Origin: an uncultured Acidobacteriota bacterium
GTDB lineage: Bacteria; Acidobacteriota; Vicinamibacteria; Vicinamibacterales; UBA2999
DNA: 64,000 nt
Assembly (NCBI GenBank): GCA_963723005.1
Contig: CAVRPA010000004.1
Coordinates: forward strand, 13,053 to 77,052
Reading direction: 5' to 3'
Made by a program: the position numbers and the translations under genes. The notes under the pieces were generated by a model. That model was not told the DNA's origin and did no database searches. It saw only the letters and a program-made list of their open reading frames with translations. Numbering within the stretch: the stretch's first letter is position 1; every line of letters begins with the position of its first letter. Positions 1 through 10,994 of the stretch are shown in pieces.

Positions 1-2
1 TG

Positions 3-323
3 GATCAGCGCGTGGTCGCCGGCCTCGGCAACATCTACGCGAGCGAGGCGCTGCACCACGCGGCGCTGTCGCCGCTGCGCAAGGCGTCGAGCATCGCCAC
101 GACGACAGGGAAGCCGAAGGCGATGGCGGAGCGGCTCGCAATGGGGATCAAGGCCGTGCTCACGAGCGCGATCCGCCGTTCGGAGTCGCCGTATCGGGCG
201 GGCCGCTTCCGGGTCTACGAACGCACCGGGGAGCCGTGCCTGCGGCCGGGGTGCGACGGGGTCATCCGGCAGATCACGCAGGCCGGGCGGTCCACGTTCT
301 ACTGCGCCACCTGCCAGCGATGA
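3..323 (+). CDS. mutM: formamidopyrimidine-DNA glycosylase, C-terminal part (5' end outside the window)
   Basis: ORF 12..323 stays open in frame back to base 3. The DQRVVAGLGNIYASEALH region and the C-terminal zinc finger (CLRPGCDG...YCATCQ) are collinear with Fpg/MutM. Confidence 0.85.
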   Translation, partial: DQRVVAGLGNIYASEALHHAALSPLRKASSIATTTGKPKAMAERLAMGIKAVLTSAIRRSESPYRAGRFRVYERTGEPCLRPGCDGVIRQITQAGRSTFYCATCQR

Positions 324-417
324 CCGGGCCCAGGGTACGCGTCGCGCGCGGCGCGGTCGGCGGTCCGACGTTGTAAGAACGGACCTGCCTCCGCTTCGCG
401 ATCGCATCAAGCCGGGC

Positions 418-897
418 GTGCGTGTGCTGTTCGTCGGCATCAACCCTGGCGTCCGCTCGGCGCTGACGGGACATCACTTCGCGGGTTTCTCCAACCGGTT
501 CTGGCCGTTGCTGTTCGAATCGGGCCTGGTGCCCGAGCGGCTCACCTTCGAACACGACGATCGCCTGCCGGAGTTCGGGTATGGCATCACCAACATCGTG
601 CCGCGGCCGACGCCGGGCATCGACACGCTGACGCCGGCGGAGTTCGTTGACGGCCGCCTTCGGCTGACGAGAAAGATCCGCCGCTATCGGCCGGCAATCG
701 TGGCGATGGTGGGTGTCACGGTGTTTCGCGCCATGTTCCCCGCGCGGAAGGACGCGGTTTCGCTGGGGCTGCAGCCGGAGCGCCTTGGCGAATCGGTCGT
801 GTTCGTGTTGCCGAATCCGAGCGGCAGGAACGCGAACTTCACCTATGCGGAGATGCTGAAGGCGTTTCGCGCGTTGAAGCGGCAGGCGCGATCCTGA
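418..897 (+). CDS. mug: G/U mismatch-specific uracil-DNA glycosylase (Mug/TDG family)
   Basis: 159-aa ORF. VLFVGINPG, NRFW and VLPNPSGRN motifs are collinear with E. coli Mug. Confidence 0.85.
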   Translation: MRVLFVGINPGVRSALTGHHFAGFSNRFWPLLFESGLVPERLTFEHDDRLPEFGYGITNIVPRPTPGIDTLTPAEFVDGRLRLTRKIRRYRPAIVAMVGVTVFRAMFPARKDAVSLGLQPERLGESVVFVLPNPSGRNANFTYAEMLKAFRALKRQARS

Positions 898-933
898 TTG
901 ACGGCGCCATGCGGTGACACTCGCAAACAGCAC

Positions 934-959
934 GCGCCGGGCAGTTGACTGCCCGGCGC
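934..959. terminator. GC-rich hairpin between convergent mug and TonB receptor genes
   Basis: Perfect 11-bp stem GCGCCGGGCAG/CTGCCCGGCGC with a TTGA loop. There is no T-tract, so intrinsic-terminator function is only inferred. Confidence 0.4.
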
Positions 960-993
960 ATGCATCACCGCCGCTCCCCCGATCGGCGGTGCG

Positions 994-3967
994 TCAGAAC
1001 GCGTAGCGGACGCCCAGCCGCAGCTGGAACGGACGCTGGAACTGCTGGCCGGCCACGTTGGCCGAGGTGTAGGTCCCGAAGTTCGGGTTCGGCACGCCGA
1101 ACACCGGGAAGTCGACGTTGTTGTTGTAGTCGATGGTGCGTCGCAGGTTGAACAGGTTGAACAAGTCGGCCAGCAGGGTCAGCCGATCGTTACCGAGGTT
1201 CAACGCGTAGGACGCCTGCAGGTCCAGCTGGAACTCGAACGGCGTCCGCTCCTGGAAACCGTCCAGGGTTTCGAAGCCGTCGCCGCGCGGGGTCAGTGGA
1301 ACCTCACCCGTGTTGCCGTAGGCGGACAGTCCCTCCAGCGAGGTCAGCGGCTTGCCCGAGCCCATACTGCAGCACGAGGCCCCCCGACAGCCCGTTGTCG
1401 AAGGCGCGGTTACCGGCGATCTTGAACTGATGCGGCCGGTCGAGCGGCAGCGGGCCGGCGCCGAGCGCGCCGAGGTAGCGGATGTCGCCCTGGTAGCCGA
1501 ACTGCGGGCCGCCGATGGCCGTGTAGGACGGGTCGTTGGTCGGGAAGTCGTAGAGCGAGGTGATGCCGGGGTCCGACTGGCCGTTGTCCTCGCGGAAGAA
1601 GCCCTCGAACGAGCCGTGCAGCCGCGACCAGCGGTAGCTGCCGGTCAGCGACCAGTTGTTGCTGAACCGGCGGTCGGCGGTGAACTCGAGGGCGTTGTAG
1701 CTGTGCTCGGGATCCTCGAAGCTTGCGCCGAGCTCGGGGTAGCGGACCGGGAAGCTCGTGTCCGGGTTCGTCAGGATGTACTCGACGCTGCTCAGACCGG
1801 GCAGGCCGAGGTCGTAGGCCACCACCGGCGCGTCCGCCACGTCCTCGAGCACGCGGCCGATGTTGCGGTAGATGTAGCGCACGCCGAGGTTGATGTTCGG
1901 CCACGCCTCGTACTCGAAGCCGGCGACGATCTCGTCCTTGTAGGAGAGCTTGGCGTCTTCGTCGATCGCGTCGGGGGCGGCACCGGCCATCACGTAGTGG
2001 TTGGTCTGCCCCCCGGCCAGCACGCCATTCGGGATCGGCTGCGTGAGGTTGGCATCGAAATAGTCGCCACGGGTGAAGCCGGCGTCGACGACAGCGCGCG
2101 GGCCGCGAGGTCGTTCGGGATGCGCGCGAAGAAGCGGCCGTAGTTGCCGTAGAGCCGGCTCCTGCCGTTGCCGAGCACGTCATACACCGCGCCGACGCGC
2201 GGCGCCCAGTTGCCCTTCAGCGCGAACTCGTCGATGGTGTTCCCCTGCAGTGTGGTGAGCCCCGTGAGGTTGCCGACCAGCGTCTGCTCCTCGTAGCGGA
2301 GGCCGGGATTGATGGTCAGCCGCTCGCCGACGCGCCAGGTGTCCTGCACGAAGAACGACCAGTAGTTCTGGGTCGTGACGCGCGCGTCGTTGAAGTTCGC
2401 GCGGATCACCCGCCAGATCCGGCCGAACGTCGGGTCGGCGACGATGTTGACCGACGCGCCTGTCGCGGTCTGCTGGCCGTCCGGCGCCGTGAATGTCGGC
2501 CCGGTGCGCTGGTTGACCTGCGAGTACTCCACGTCCTCATAGAGGAAGCCGCCCTTGATCTGGTGATCGCCGGCAATGACCGTGGTCTTGACGGCGTACT
2601 GCAGGTTGGTGCCCTTGTTGCCCTGCTCGTAGCCCCCGATGCCGCCGGTAATACGTTGGGCACGACGGTGGTGTCGGTGACGCGCCAGTCGTTGACGCTC
2701 GGCGTCTCGCAGATGAGGTTGTACGCGCGCGCGAAGCTGCCTTCGAGCAGCCAGGTCGGGCTGAGGACGCCGTCATAGCGCACGGTCTGGTTGTGGCCGC
2801 CGTACTCGATCTCGCTGAAGGACGAGGTGTCGTTCACGGTCAGTGCCGAGGTCCGCTGCGGTCCCATGTCGCCCTTGGCCGGGTCGCCGAAGAACGACGC
2901 GTCGAAGCGGTGGCTCGACGTGGCCTGAAAGGTGCCTTTCGCGGAGTAGGACGTCACCAGGCGATCGCGGTCGATCTCGCCCAGGCTGCGCAGGGGGAAG
3001 CCTTCCGGCGCCGTGAACGTGCGCTTCTCCCACGCCGGGTTGATGGCGCCGAAGAAGAACAGCTTGTTCCGGATGATGGGGAAACCACCCTCGATCCCGG
3101 TGTCGGTGCGGCCCTTGCCGACGGTGTTCACCGTGCCGTTCGGCGACTCGTAGGTCTTGTAGCCCGCCTCGAGCTCCGCCGGCTGAAAGTAGCCGAACAC
3201 CGACCCTCGCAGATCGTTGGTGCCGCTCTTGGTGACGACGTTCACGACGCCGCCCATCGACTGGCCGAACTCCGCCTCGTAGCCGCCGGTCTTGACCTGT
3301 ACTTCCTGCACGAAGTCGAACGGCGTGCCGGTGCCGAGCGAGCCGAACACGATCGAGTAGGAGCCGACCGCGCCGTAGCCGGTGTTGGTGATGTTCACGC
3401 CGTCCACGACGTAGAGGTTGTCGAGGCCGGTCGAACCCGACATCGACGGATTGGCCGAACCGGCCGAACCGCTGTTGCTGACGCCGGGCGCCAGGTAGAG
3501 CGCGTCAGTGAAGCGGCGGCCGACCGGTACGCGCTGCAGCAGATTCGGCGCTCAGCACCGCGCCGGTGGTCGTCGAGGTCGTGTCCACGACCGCGGTCGT
3601 GCCCGTCACCGTCACCACCTCGGTCAGGCCGCCCACCTCGAGCTGCCAGGTTCACGGTCGTGACCGAGCCAAGGCTGACGGTCACGGCGCTCCGCTCGGC
3701 AGTCTTGAAACCCTGCAACTCGGCTTTGACGACGTAACTGCCAGGGGTCAGGAACGGGATGCGGTACGAGCCGTCGTTATCGGTCACAGCGGATTTGGCG
3801 CCCTGCTGGCCGGTCGCCGTGACAGTGACGCCCGGCAGTGCCAGTCCCTGTGAGTCTTCGAGTCGGCCGGTGAGCGACCCTGTTGTGTCCTGTGCGGACG
3901 CAACCCCGGCCATGACGAGCCAGAGGGCGACAAAGGTACCGCTGATGAATGTCTTCATCTCATCCAC
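994..3967 (-). pseudogene. TonB-dependent receptor with N-terminal carboxypeptidase-regulatory-like domain, frame-disrupted (about 5 breaks)
   Basis: Minus ORFs 3395..3967, 2406..3443, 1990..2532, 1304..2023 and 994..1365 read as one protein. It has a signal peptide (MKTFISGTFVALWLVMAGVASAQD), a CarboxypepD_reg-like fold (DGSYRIPFLTPGSYVVKAELQGF), a plug (NLYVVDGVNITN) and a barrel ending QLRLGVRYAF. Frame breaks lie near 3645, 3550, 2655, 2083 and 1358. Confidence 0.85.
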
Positions 3968-4352
3968 TCCTTACGCTAGAGAAAGCAAAGCGATAAGTCA
4001 GAAGGAAACCTCGTGCCATTCGCCCCGGTACCAATTACAGGCGTTTGTCACTGTGTTACGGCCCCTTTCGTCGTCGAGTTACGTGATTCCGACCCTGAAA
4101 TTTGTTCTTCTGAACCATGTTCTTGGATCTTGAATAAGATGAGTTACTGCGAGTTACCCCGTCTGTTAACGCGAAGGTCATGCGTAGATCAGGGATGAGT
4201 GGAGCTCGGCCGTTGGCCGGACGAAAGGGCGGGCGGTCGCGATCGGCGGTTCCTACGGACGAGAATGGGCCGGCTGCGCGTATCCGGTATAATTCGCGAC
4301 CTCATGTGCTGAATGTGGCCGGCCCGGTGGTCATTCGTCCCGAGGAGCGACT

Positions 4353-5228
4353 ATGTGTGATCAGGACCATTTCGAAGACGATCGAGAAGACTACGAGGGG
4401 CGCGGACTCGTCACGCGCCGGCAGTTCGGTGTGCTGCTCGGCGCAGGTGTCGCCATGATGCTGCCCCCGGTATTGAACGCGGTCGCGGTGACCGAGAAGG
4501 ACGTCAACATCACCACGCCTGACGGCACGGCGGACAGCTACTTCGTCTACCCGGCGACCGGCACGGCACCCGCCGTCCTGCTGTGGCCCGACATCTTCGG
4601 GCTGCGGCCGGCGATGCGCCAGATGGGCAAGCGGCTCGCCGAATCGGGCTATGCCGTCCTGGTCGTCAACCCGTTCTACCGCGCTCAGAAGGCGCCCACC
4701 GCCGAGAAGGGCGCGGCAACGGAGATCAAGGCGTTGATGCCGCTCGCGCAGGCGCTCAACGAGACGACCCACATGACCGATGCCAAGGCGTTCATCGCCT
4801 GGCTGGATCAGCAGCCCTCGGTAGCGAAGAACCGCAAGATTGGCACCCAGGGCTACTGCATGGGCGGGCCCATCGCGTTCCGCACGGCGGCGGCGGTTCC
4901 GGGCCGCGTCGGCGCGGTGGCCTCGTTCCACGGTGGCGGGCTCGTCACCCCCAACCCCAACAGCCCGCACCTGCAGGCCGCGGCCACCAAGGCTCAGTTC
5001 CTCGTCGCCATCGCTCAGAACGACGATGCGAGGACGCCGACGGATAAGGATGTGCTGAAGGAGACGTTCGCCAAGGCTGGTGTGCCGGCGGAAATCGAAG
5101 TGTATGGCGGCGCGCACGGCTGGTGCCCGCCGGATTCGCAGGTGTACAGCGAGCCCCTGGCCGAGAAGGCGTGGGGCCGGTTGCTCGCGCTATACGGGAA
5201 GGCGCTGACCGTAACGCTACATCGGTGA
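4353..5228 (+). CDS. dienelactone hydrolase family protein with Tat-like signal
   Basis: 291-aa intact ORF. It has a TRRQFGVLLGAG twin-arginine-like leader, a DLH-type core (LLWPDIFGLRP, GYCMGG nucleophile elbow) and a C-terminal YGGAHGW. Confidence 0.8.
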   Translation: MCDQDHFEDDREDYEGRGLVTRRQFGVLLGAGVAMMLPPVLNAVAVTEKDVNITTPDGTADSYFVYPATGTAPAVLLWPDIFGLRPAMRQMGKRLAESGYAVLVVNPFYRAQKAPTAEKGAATEIKALMPLAQALNETTHMTDAKAFIAWLDQQPSVAKNRKIGTQGYCMGGPIAFRTAAAVPGRVGAVASFHGGGLVTPNPNSPHLQAAATKAQFLVAIAQNDDARTPTDKDVLKETFAKAGVPAEIEVYGGAHGWCPPDSQVYSEPLAEKAWGRLLALYGKALTVTLHR

Positions 5229-6006
5229 GGTACGGCAGCGAGAAGCGAGCAATCCAGTGGCGGCGCTCGAGGTCCAGGTCGGCCACGAGAAGCCCTTCCT
5301 GGCCATACGGCTGGTAACACTGCAGCGTCCCGTCCGGGCGCACGACCGCCGACGTCGTGCCCGAGCCCTCGCTGGCGCAGTTCACCGATGCGAAGTAGCA
5401 GGTGTTCTCTGCCGCGCGGCAGAGCATCGCCTTCTCGTGAAAGGTATTGGCCGGATCGGCGAACGTCGTCGGGCGATAGCTGCCAGGTTCGGCGACGTGC
5501 GCGTGCGGGTGGAACACCAGCTGCGCCCCTCGACGCACGGCCCACCGTACCGTTTCGGGATAGCGCCAGCCCTCGTGGCAGATCACGACTCCGAACGTCA
5601 GCGGCCCGACGCGGAACAAGTGGCGCTCGGTCCCGAGCGCGGGGTAGGTGGCCTCCTCCGACGGGTCGATCTGCCCTTTGTCCTGCCATCCGGCGACGGT
5701 GCCGTCCGGATTGATCACGCACGCGGTGATCTGCAGGCCACGGTCGGTGACTCGCTCGGTGCCCAGGACCACGGCGACACGGGCACCTCTGGCGGCATCG
5801 GCCACCGCGGCCCACGCGTGCTGGAGGAACGCGGGATCGGGAGCGGGTCGGTCCTGACCCGGCCAGCGGTAGCCGGGGACGAAGCACTCCGGAAAGCAGA
5901 TCACCGCCGCTTCCCGGCGGCCCGCGTCAGCGACCGCGGATACCGCGAGGTGCACCGACTCGTCTGCCGACGTGGGCACGCGGAGGTTCGCGAGGGCGAT
6001 ACGCAC
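5218..6006 (-). CDS. carbon-nitrogen hydrolase (nitrilase superfamily), one frame break near the C-terminus
   Basis: N-terminal 250 aa of ORF 4945..6006 carry CFPECF (Glu), a catalytic Cys region (FGVVICHEGWRYPE) and FHP. After ...LVADLDLER, a 1-nt shift near 5262 restores a typical ATGLLASRCRTSPM-stop tail ending at 5218. The listed ORF tail beyond that runs antisense to the neighbouring gene. Confidence 0.75.
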
Positions 6007-6163
6007 GTTAGCGATGGCGGGTGCTCCTCTCCACTGCCGTTGACGATCCCGGGCTCTTGAGGAGGCAAACCGCTCCCGACTCGAGCCCTCAACGTAAGGT
6101 TACCCTCGAGTGGCGCCTGCGCCCAGCCCGCCGGCGACAGCGCTGGCCCGCACCCCGAGCACC

Positions 6164-6214
6164 CCGGACACCGGATACCGGATACCGGATACCGGACACC
6201 GGACCGGTACCGGC
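6164..6214. repeat. 7-nt tandem array (CCGGATA/CCGGACA), about 7 units
   Basis: Read directly: ccggaca ccggata ccggata ccggata ccggaca ccggacc ggtaccg. It lies in a divergent intergenic gap. Confidence 0.9.
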
Positions 6215-6300
6215 CTACGGATGTCGAGAACCTGACCACGGCTCCGACTTACAGACAAAAGCCCCCAATTCAGGGAGCGCCAGTCGGAAGGAGCCGCATC

Positions 6301-6732
6301 GTGACCATCGCCACCCCAACCTCAACCGTCAGCCAGTCCCGACCGTTCCGCAGCACCATCGCCGTGGTGGTGGGCTTTCTCTCGGTCGCGGTCCTGTCGC
6401 TCGCGACCGATCAGCTGTTGCATGTGCTCAACGTCTACCCGCCCTGGGGCGAGCCGATGTGGGAGACCAGCCTGAACCTCCTGGCCCTCTCCTATCGAAC
6501 CGTCTACGCCATCGTCGGCGGCTACATCACGGCGATGCTGGCGCCGCACGCGCCGATGCGCCACGTGAAGATCGTCGCGGTTCTGGGGCTGATCGCTGGC
6601 ACGGCCGGCGCGATTACCGCCATCAGCCTGGCCGACTTCGGGCCGAACTGGTATCCGATCGCGCTCGCGGTCACCGCGTTCCACACCGTGTGGCTTGGCG
6701 GCAAGCTGTACGAGTCGCGCCAAAGCGCGTGA
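6301..6732 (+). CDS. hypothetical small membrane protein (about 4 TM segments)
   Basis: 143-aa ORF with a GTG start, four hydrophobic stretches and GC3-rich codon use. No family recognised. Confidence 0.55.
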   Translation: MTIATPTSTVSQSRPFRSTIAVVVGFLSVAVLSLATDQLLHVLNVYPPWGEPMWETSLNLLALSYRTVYAIVGGYITAMLAPHAPMRHVKIVAVLGLIAGTAGAITAISLADFGPNWYPIALAVTAFHTVWLGGKLYESRQSA

Positions 6733-6736
6733 TGAA

Positions 6737-6773
6737 GGCTTGGGTCTTGAGTCTTAGGTCTTGGGTCTGGCTT
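6737..6773. repeat. 7-nt tandem array (GGTCTTG family), about 5 units
   Basis: ggcttgg gtcttga gtcttag gtcttgg gtctggc, starting immediately after the stop at 6732. Confidence 0.9.
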
Positions 6774-6891
6774 CGTCGGCGGAGTCGGGTGACCGGCTGG
6801 CCGACGCGCCGCTGGCGTGGGCCGGACGGATCATGCGGGCGACGCGGCACGCGCCCACTCGACTCAGTCGGACACCAGCCCCAGCCGCTGG

Positions 6892-8365
6892 CTACCGCGT
6901 CAGCGACGCGTCGGCCTTGCCCGAGTAGTTGATGAACACGGTCTTGATGTCGGTGAAGAAGTTCAGGCCTTCCTCCGCCATCTCGCGTTCGCCGACGCCG
7001 GTGGACTTGGTCCCGCCGAACGGCAGCTGCGCTTCGCCGCCGACGGTGGGCTCGTTGACGTGCACCATGCCGACTTCCACGTCTTCGATGAAGCGCATCA
7101 CCGCGGTGATGTCCTGCGTGAAGATCGAGGTGGTGAGGCCGTACTCGACGCCGTTGGCTTTCGTCAGCGCCTCTTCGAGGGTCGAGGCCACGGCCACGGA
7201 CAGCACCGGCCCGAAGATCTCTTCCTGGAAGATGCGCATCGCCGGGTCGACGTCGTCGAAGATGGTCGGGGCGATGAAGTAGCCCTGCGCGAGATGCTCG
7301 GGACGCACGCCGCCGGTGAGGAGCGTCGCGCCTTCCTGCTTGCCGGTCTCGATGTAGCCCATCACCGTGGACCACTGCTTGTCGGCGATCGACGGCCCCA
7401 TGTCCATCGTCGTCGTCGAGCCCGGGCCCGACCTTGATCTTCTGGGCCGAGGCGACGAGCCGATCGACCAGCGCGCGCTTGATGTCGGGATGCGCGATGA
7501 CGCGCGAGGTGGCGGTGCAGCGCTGGCCGGTGGAGCCGAACGCGCCGCCGTGAATGGCCGCGGCCGCCTTGTCGAGGTCGGCGTCCGGCATCACGATGAC
7601 GGCGTTCTTGCCGCCCATCTCGCAGGTGACCTTGGCGCCGCGCTGCGCGGCCTTCACGTAGAGCTCGCCGCCGACGCGGTTCGAGCCGGTGAACGAGATG
7701 GCGCGCAGCGCGGGCGCGTGCACCATCGCCTCGCCGACCTCGGGTCCGGAGCCGACGACCATGTTGAAGACGCCGCGGCGGCAGCCCGGCCTCTTCGTAG
7801 ACCTCGGCGAGGAGCGCCGCGGTGGCGGGCACCAGCTCCGACGGCTTGAAGACGACGCAGTTGCCGGCGACGAGGGCGGGGGCCGACTTCCACACCGGGA
7901 TGGCCCAGGGGAAGTTCCACGGGGCGATGAGCCCGACGACGCCGAGCGGCTGGCGCAGGGTGTAGGCGAAGGTGTCGCGCGCTTCGGAGGGCAGGGTCTT
8001 GCCGCCCATGCGGAAGCCTTCGCCCGCGTAGTACTCGAGCAGCGAGATGCCCTTGGTGACCTCGCCGTGCGCCTCCTTCAGCACCTTGCCCTCTTCGCGG
8101 GTCAGGGTCCGGGCGATCTCGTCGACTCGCCGGCGGGCGATCTCGGCGGCGCGCCACAGCACCCGGCCGCGCTCCGGTCCGGGCGTCTTCTTCCAGGCCG
8201 GCCAGGCCGCCGTGGCGGCCTCGATGGCGCGGCCGCACGTCGGCGGCCGTGGCCAGCGGGAACTCGGCGATCACGTCGGAGGTGTCGGCGGGGTTGATGT
8301 TGCGCGTGACCTCGGTCGGACGCGGGGTGAAACCAGGTGCCGTTGATGTAGGAGCCGGTGTGCAT
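6892..8365 (-). pseudogene. NAD(P)-dependent aldehyde dehydrogenase, frame-disrupted (about 4 breaks)
   Basis: Minus ORFs 8102..8365, 7654..8274, 7362..8162, 6671..7762 and 6892..7407 join into one ~490-aa ALDH ([47 protein letters not shown]). Breaks lie near 8300, 8232, 7790 and 7410. Confidence 0.85.
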
Positions 8366-8460
8366 AGCCTTGGAAGACTAGCGTACCCGCGGACCCGCGG
8401 GGTCTGGCACGATCCCCCGGTTTTTGCAGCAGTTTCTGCAATTCGCGCGGTGGTCGCGAT

Positions 8461-10950
8461 TCACTGGCGCGACGATGGCGTTGGGCCTGCTGGACACGCC
8501 AGCAGGTCCGCCGATAGCGTCTTGCGGAAGGCCTCGGCCTCCGCGCCGGTGCGCTCCAGATCGTCTCTGGCCAACGCCGCAGCGGCTTGCCGCAGGTGTT
8601 CGCATGCCCGAGCGTCCTGCCTGGCCTTCCGCTCCAGCGAGGCGAGCTGCACAAGGTACTGGGCAAGTTCCAGCTGGCCTTGTGCGTCGAGCGGTCGGCG
8701 CGATTCGGTGATGGCCAGGGCTTCACGCGTCCCCGAGAGGGCGTCGTCGTAGTTCCCCATGTCGGCGTAGGTGGCGGCCAGCAGCGAATGGGCGTACGCC
8801 AGCCGGCCGCGCAGGAAGTCGTCCTTGGGATCCGAATCGGACAATTTCTGACGGACGGCCAGGCTCTGCTCGAGGCTGACGGCCGCCTCCTTCAGCTGGC
8901 CTTTCTGTCTGTACAGCCCTCCGAGACTCGAGCGGTCCTGCGCCAGGTCCAGTTGCGCCTGGCGGCTGCCAGGCGCCTGGGCGACACGCCGCTGATCGAT
9001 CTCCTCGGCGCGCCGGTGGTGGACCAGCGCCTGATCCAGATCACCCGCTCGGCGATACTGCTCGCCCAGATACTTCGCGACCAACGCGACGTTACGTTGC
9101 CGATCTGGATCGTCGGGCCGCTCGGCCAAAAGCGATTCGAACACCTCGCCGGCCTTCAACCACAACGGAATGGCCTGTCCGGGCCCGGCTCCCGAAGGCG
9201 CCAGCGTCGCCTGCCAGAAGTAAGCCGTCCCCAGCAGTCGGGCCGCCTCGGCATCGCCTGCTCCGCCTGCATTGAGTCGCTCGGCAAAAGACTGCGCTTC
9301 GGCGGCGACGGCCATCGCCTCCCCAGATCGGCCAAGGGCAGTGAGCGTTCCGACCAGCGAAAACTGCGTGCGCGTCAACTCCATGGCAGCACTCTTCGAG
9401 CGGTCCGCTGCCGGCGTCAGCACCGCAATCGCCTTCCGGTAACTGCTCACCGCGCCTTCGCGGTCGCCCAGGTTTGTTTCGCTCGGGTTGCCTTGCACGG
9501 CAGCAATGCGCTTGTAGGCCATCCCCAGTTCGAGACTCAGGGCGTCATCCCGCGTGTCCCGGGCGAGCACTTCCAGGTACTTCAACGCCTCGGCGACGAT
9601 CTTCTGCCGCACCGGTGTCGAGCCCGGAAGCGGTCGCACCGCATCGTGAATGTCGAAGATGAGCGTATTCGCCAGCTTTCGCACGTCGCTGAAGCGTTGA
9701 TCGGCGCGGTCGCGCTCGGCGATTGCCCGCCGCGTCTGCACGACGGAGACGCCGAGGGCGGCGAGAATCGCAAGCACCGACACGACCGAGGCGCCGACGA
9801 GCGCCCGATGCCGGCGCGCCAGGGTTGCCACGACGTAGGCGAACGATGGTTCGCGAGCCACCACTACCTGGCCGGACAAATGCCGCCCGAGGTCGTCCGC
9901 CAATTCCTGCGCGGACCCGTAACGCCGGGTTGAGTCCTTGTCCATCGCCTTGAGAACGATGGCGTCGAGATCGCCTCGCAGCTCCGACGTCCGCGCCCCC
10001 GGTTGGCTGGCGGCCAGGACGGCACTCGGCCGCGACACCGGACCTTCCATCACCGCTTTCACCACCTCGTCGAGCGGCCGTCCCGCGGTTTCGTAGGGAA
10101 CGCGCCCTGCAAGCAACTCGAACAGCAGCACGCCCAGGGCATACACGTCGTCGGCAACGCTGGCCGGGAGGCCGCGGATCTGCTCGGGGCTCGCGTAGTT
10201 CGGCGTCAGCGCCCGGAGCCATCCGGAGGTGGTTTGCTGAATGCCTTCGGCGGGGTCGATCAACAGGCGGGCGATGCCGAAGTCGAGGATCTTCGGGACG
10301 CCGTCAGGCGTGACCAGGATGTTGGCCGGCTTCAGATCCCGATGCACGATCGAGTGCCGGTGCGCGTACTGAACTGCCCGGCAGACCTGCTGGAACAGAC
10401 GCAGCCTTGTGTCGAGGTCGGCACTGCGCTCCCGGCAGAACGTCGTGATGGGCAGCCCCTCGACGTACTCCATCACCAGGTAAGCAAACCCATCCTCGGT
10501 GAGCCCGCCGTCGATGAGCGTGACGATGTGGGGATGATGGAGCGCGGCGAGGTGCTGGCGCTCGGCGTTCAACTGCTTCAACGAGGCCCGGTGCCACCTG
10601 GCGGCGGTGACGATCTTGATGGCCACCTGCTGTGCGAAAGCGGGGTCGTCCCGCTCCGCGCGGTAGACCACGCCCATGCCTCCCGATCCGACGCTCTCGA
10701 GCAAACGGAAGCCGCCGATCGTCCGCCCGGCCAGCGACGGCGTGGCGTCCCCGGTGATGGCGCCATTGACCCAGGGCGTGGACAGGAATCGCTCGTCGAG
10801 TGGCGCGGCGGCGATCAAGGACTCGACCTCCCGTACCAGCTCCGGCTCATCACGGCGCTTCTCGGAGAGCACGCGCATCCGCTCCGCGGCGTCCAGCCCT
10901 TCGACATGAGCGTAGAGTTCCTCGACCTGGCGCCAGTGTTCGGTGTTCAC
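8461..10950 (-). CDS. Ser/Thr protein kinase with one TM segment and a C-terminal TPR-like domain
   Basis: Kinase subdomains GSGGMGVVY, AIK, HRDLKPANILV, DFGIA and SPEQ. TM segment ALVGASVVSVLAILAALGVSVV, followed by ~430 aa of helical TPR-like repeats. GTG start at 10950 is preceded by GAGGAG. The listed 1115-aa ORF is only an open-frame extension across the sigma gene. Confidence 0.85.
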   Translation of the reverse strand: MNTEHWRQVEELYAHVEGLDAAERMRVLSEKRRDEPELVREVESLIAAAPLDERFLSTPWVNGAITGDATPSLAGRTIGGFRLLESVGSGGMGVVYRAERDDPAFAQQVAIKIVTAARWHRASLKQLNAERQHLAALHHPHIVTLIDGGLTEDGFAYLVMEYVEGLPITTFCRERSADLDTRLRLFQQVCRAVQYAHRHSIVHRDLKPANILVTPDGVPKILDFGIARLLIDPAEGIQQTTSGWLRALTPNYASPEQIRGLPASVADDVYALGVLLFELLAGRVPYETAGRPLDEVVKAVMEGPVSRPSAVLAASQPGARTSELRGDLDAIVLKAMDKDSTRRYGSAQELADDLGRHLSGQVVVAREPSFAYVVATLARRHRALVGASVVSVLAILAALGVSVVQTRRAIAERDRADQRFSDVRKLANTLIFDIHDAVRPLPGSTPVRQKIVAEALKYLEVLARDTRDDALSLELGMAYKRIAAVQGNPSETNLGDREGAVSSYRKAIAVLTPAADRSKSAAMELTRTQFSLVGTLTALGRSGEAMAVAAEAQSFAERLNAGGAGDAEAARLLGTAYFWQATLAPSGAGPGQAIPLWLKAGEVFESLLAERPDDPDRQRNVALVAKYLGEQYRRAGDLDQALVHHRRAEEIDQRRVAQAPGSRQAQLDLAQDRSSLGGLYRQKGQLKEAAVSLEQSLAVRQKLSDSDPKDDFLRGRLAYAHSLLAATYADMGNYDDALSGTREALAITESRRPLDAQGQLELAQYLVQLASLERKARQDARACEHLRQAAAALARDDLERTGAEAEAFRKTLSADLLACPAGPTPSSRQ

Positions 10951-10994
10951 CTTGGACTCCTCGCCTGATCGGACGGATCGATCCCCGTCGCCCT

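Noticed and set aside
4945-5228. Apparent 280-bp antisense overlap between the nitrilase-family ORF and the dienelactone hydrolase gene.
   Set aside because: The overlap disappears when the nitrilase frame is shifted by 1 nt near 5262. This yields a family-typical ATGLLASR... tail ending at 5218, leaving only about 11 bp of convergent overlap.
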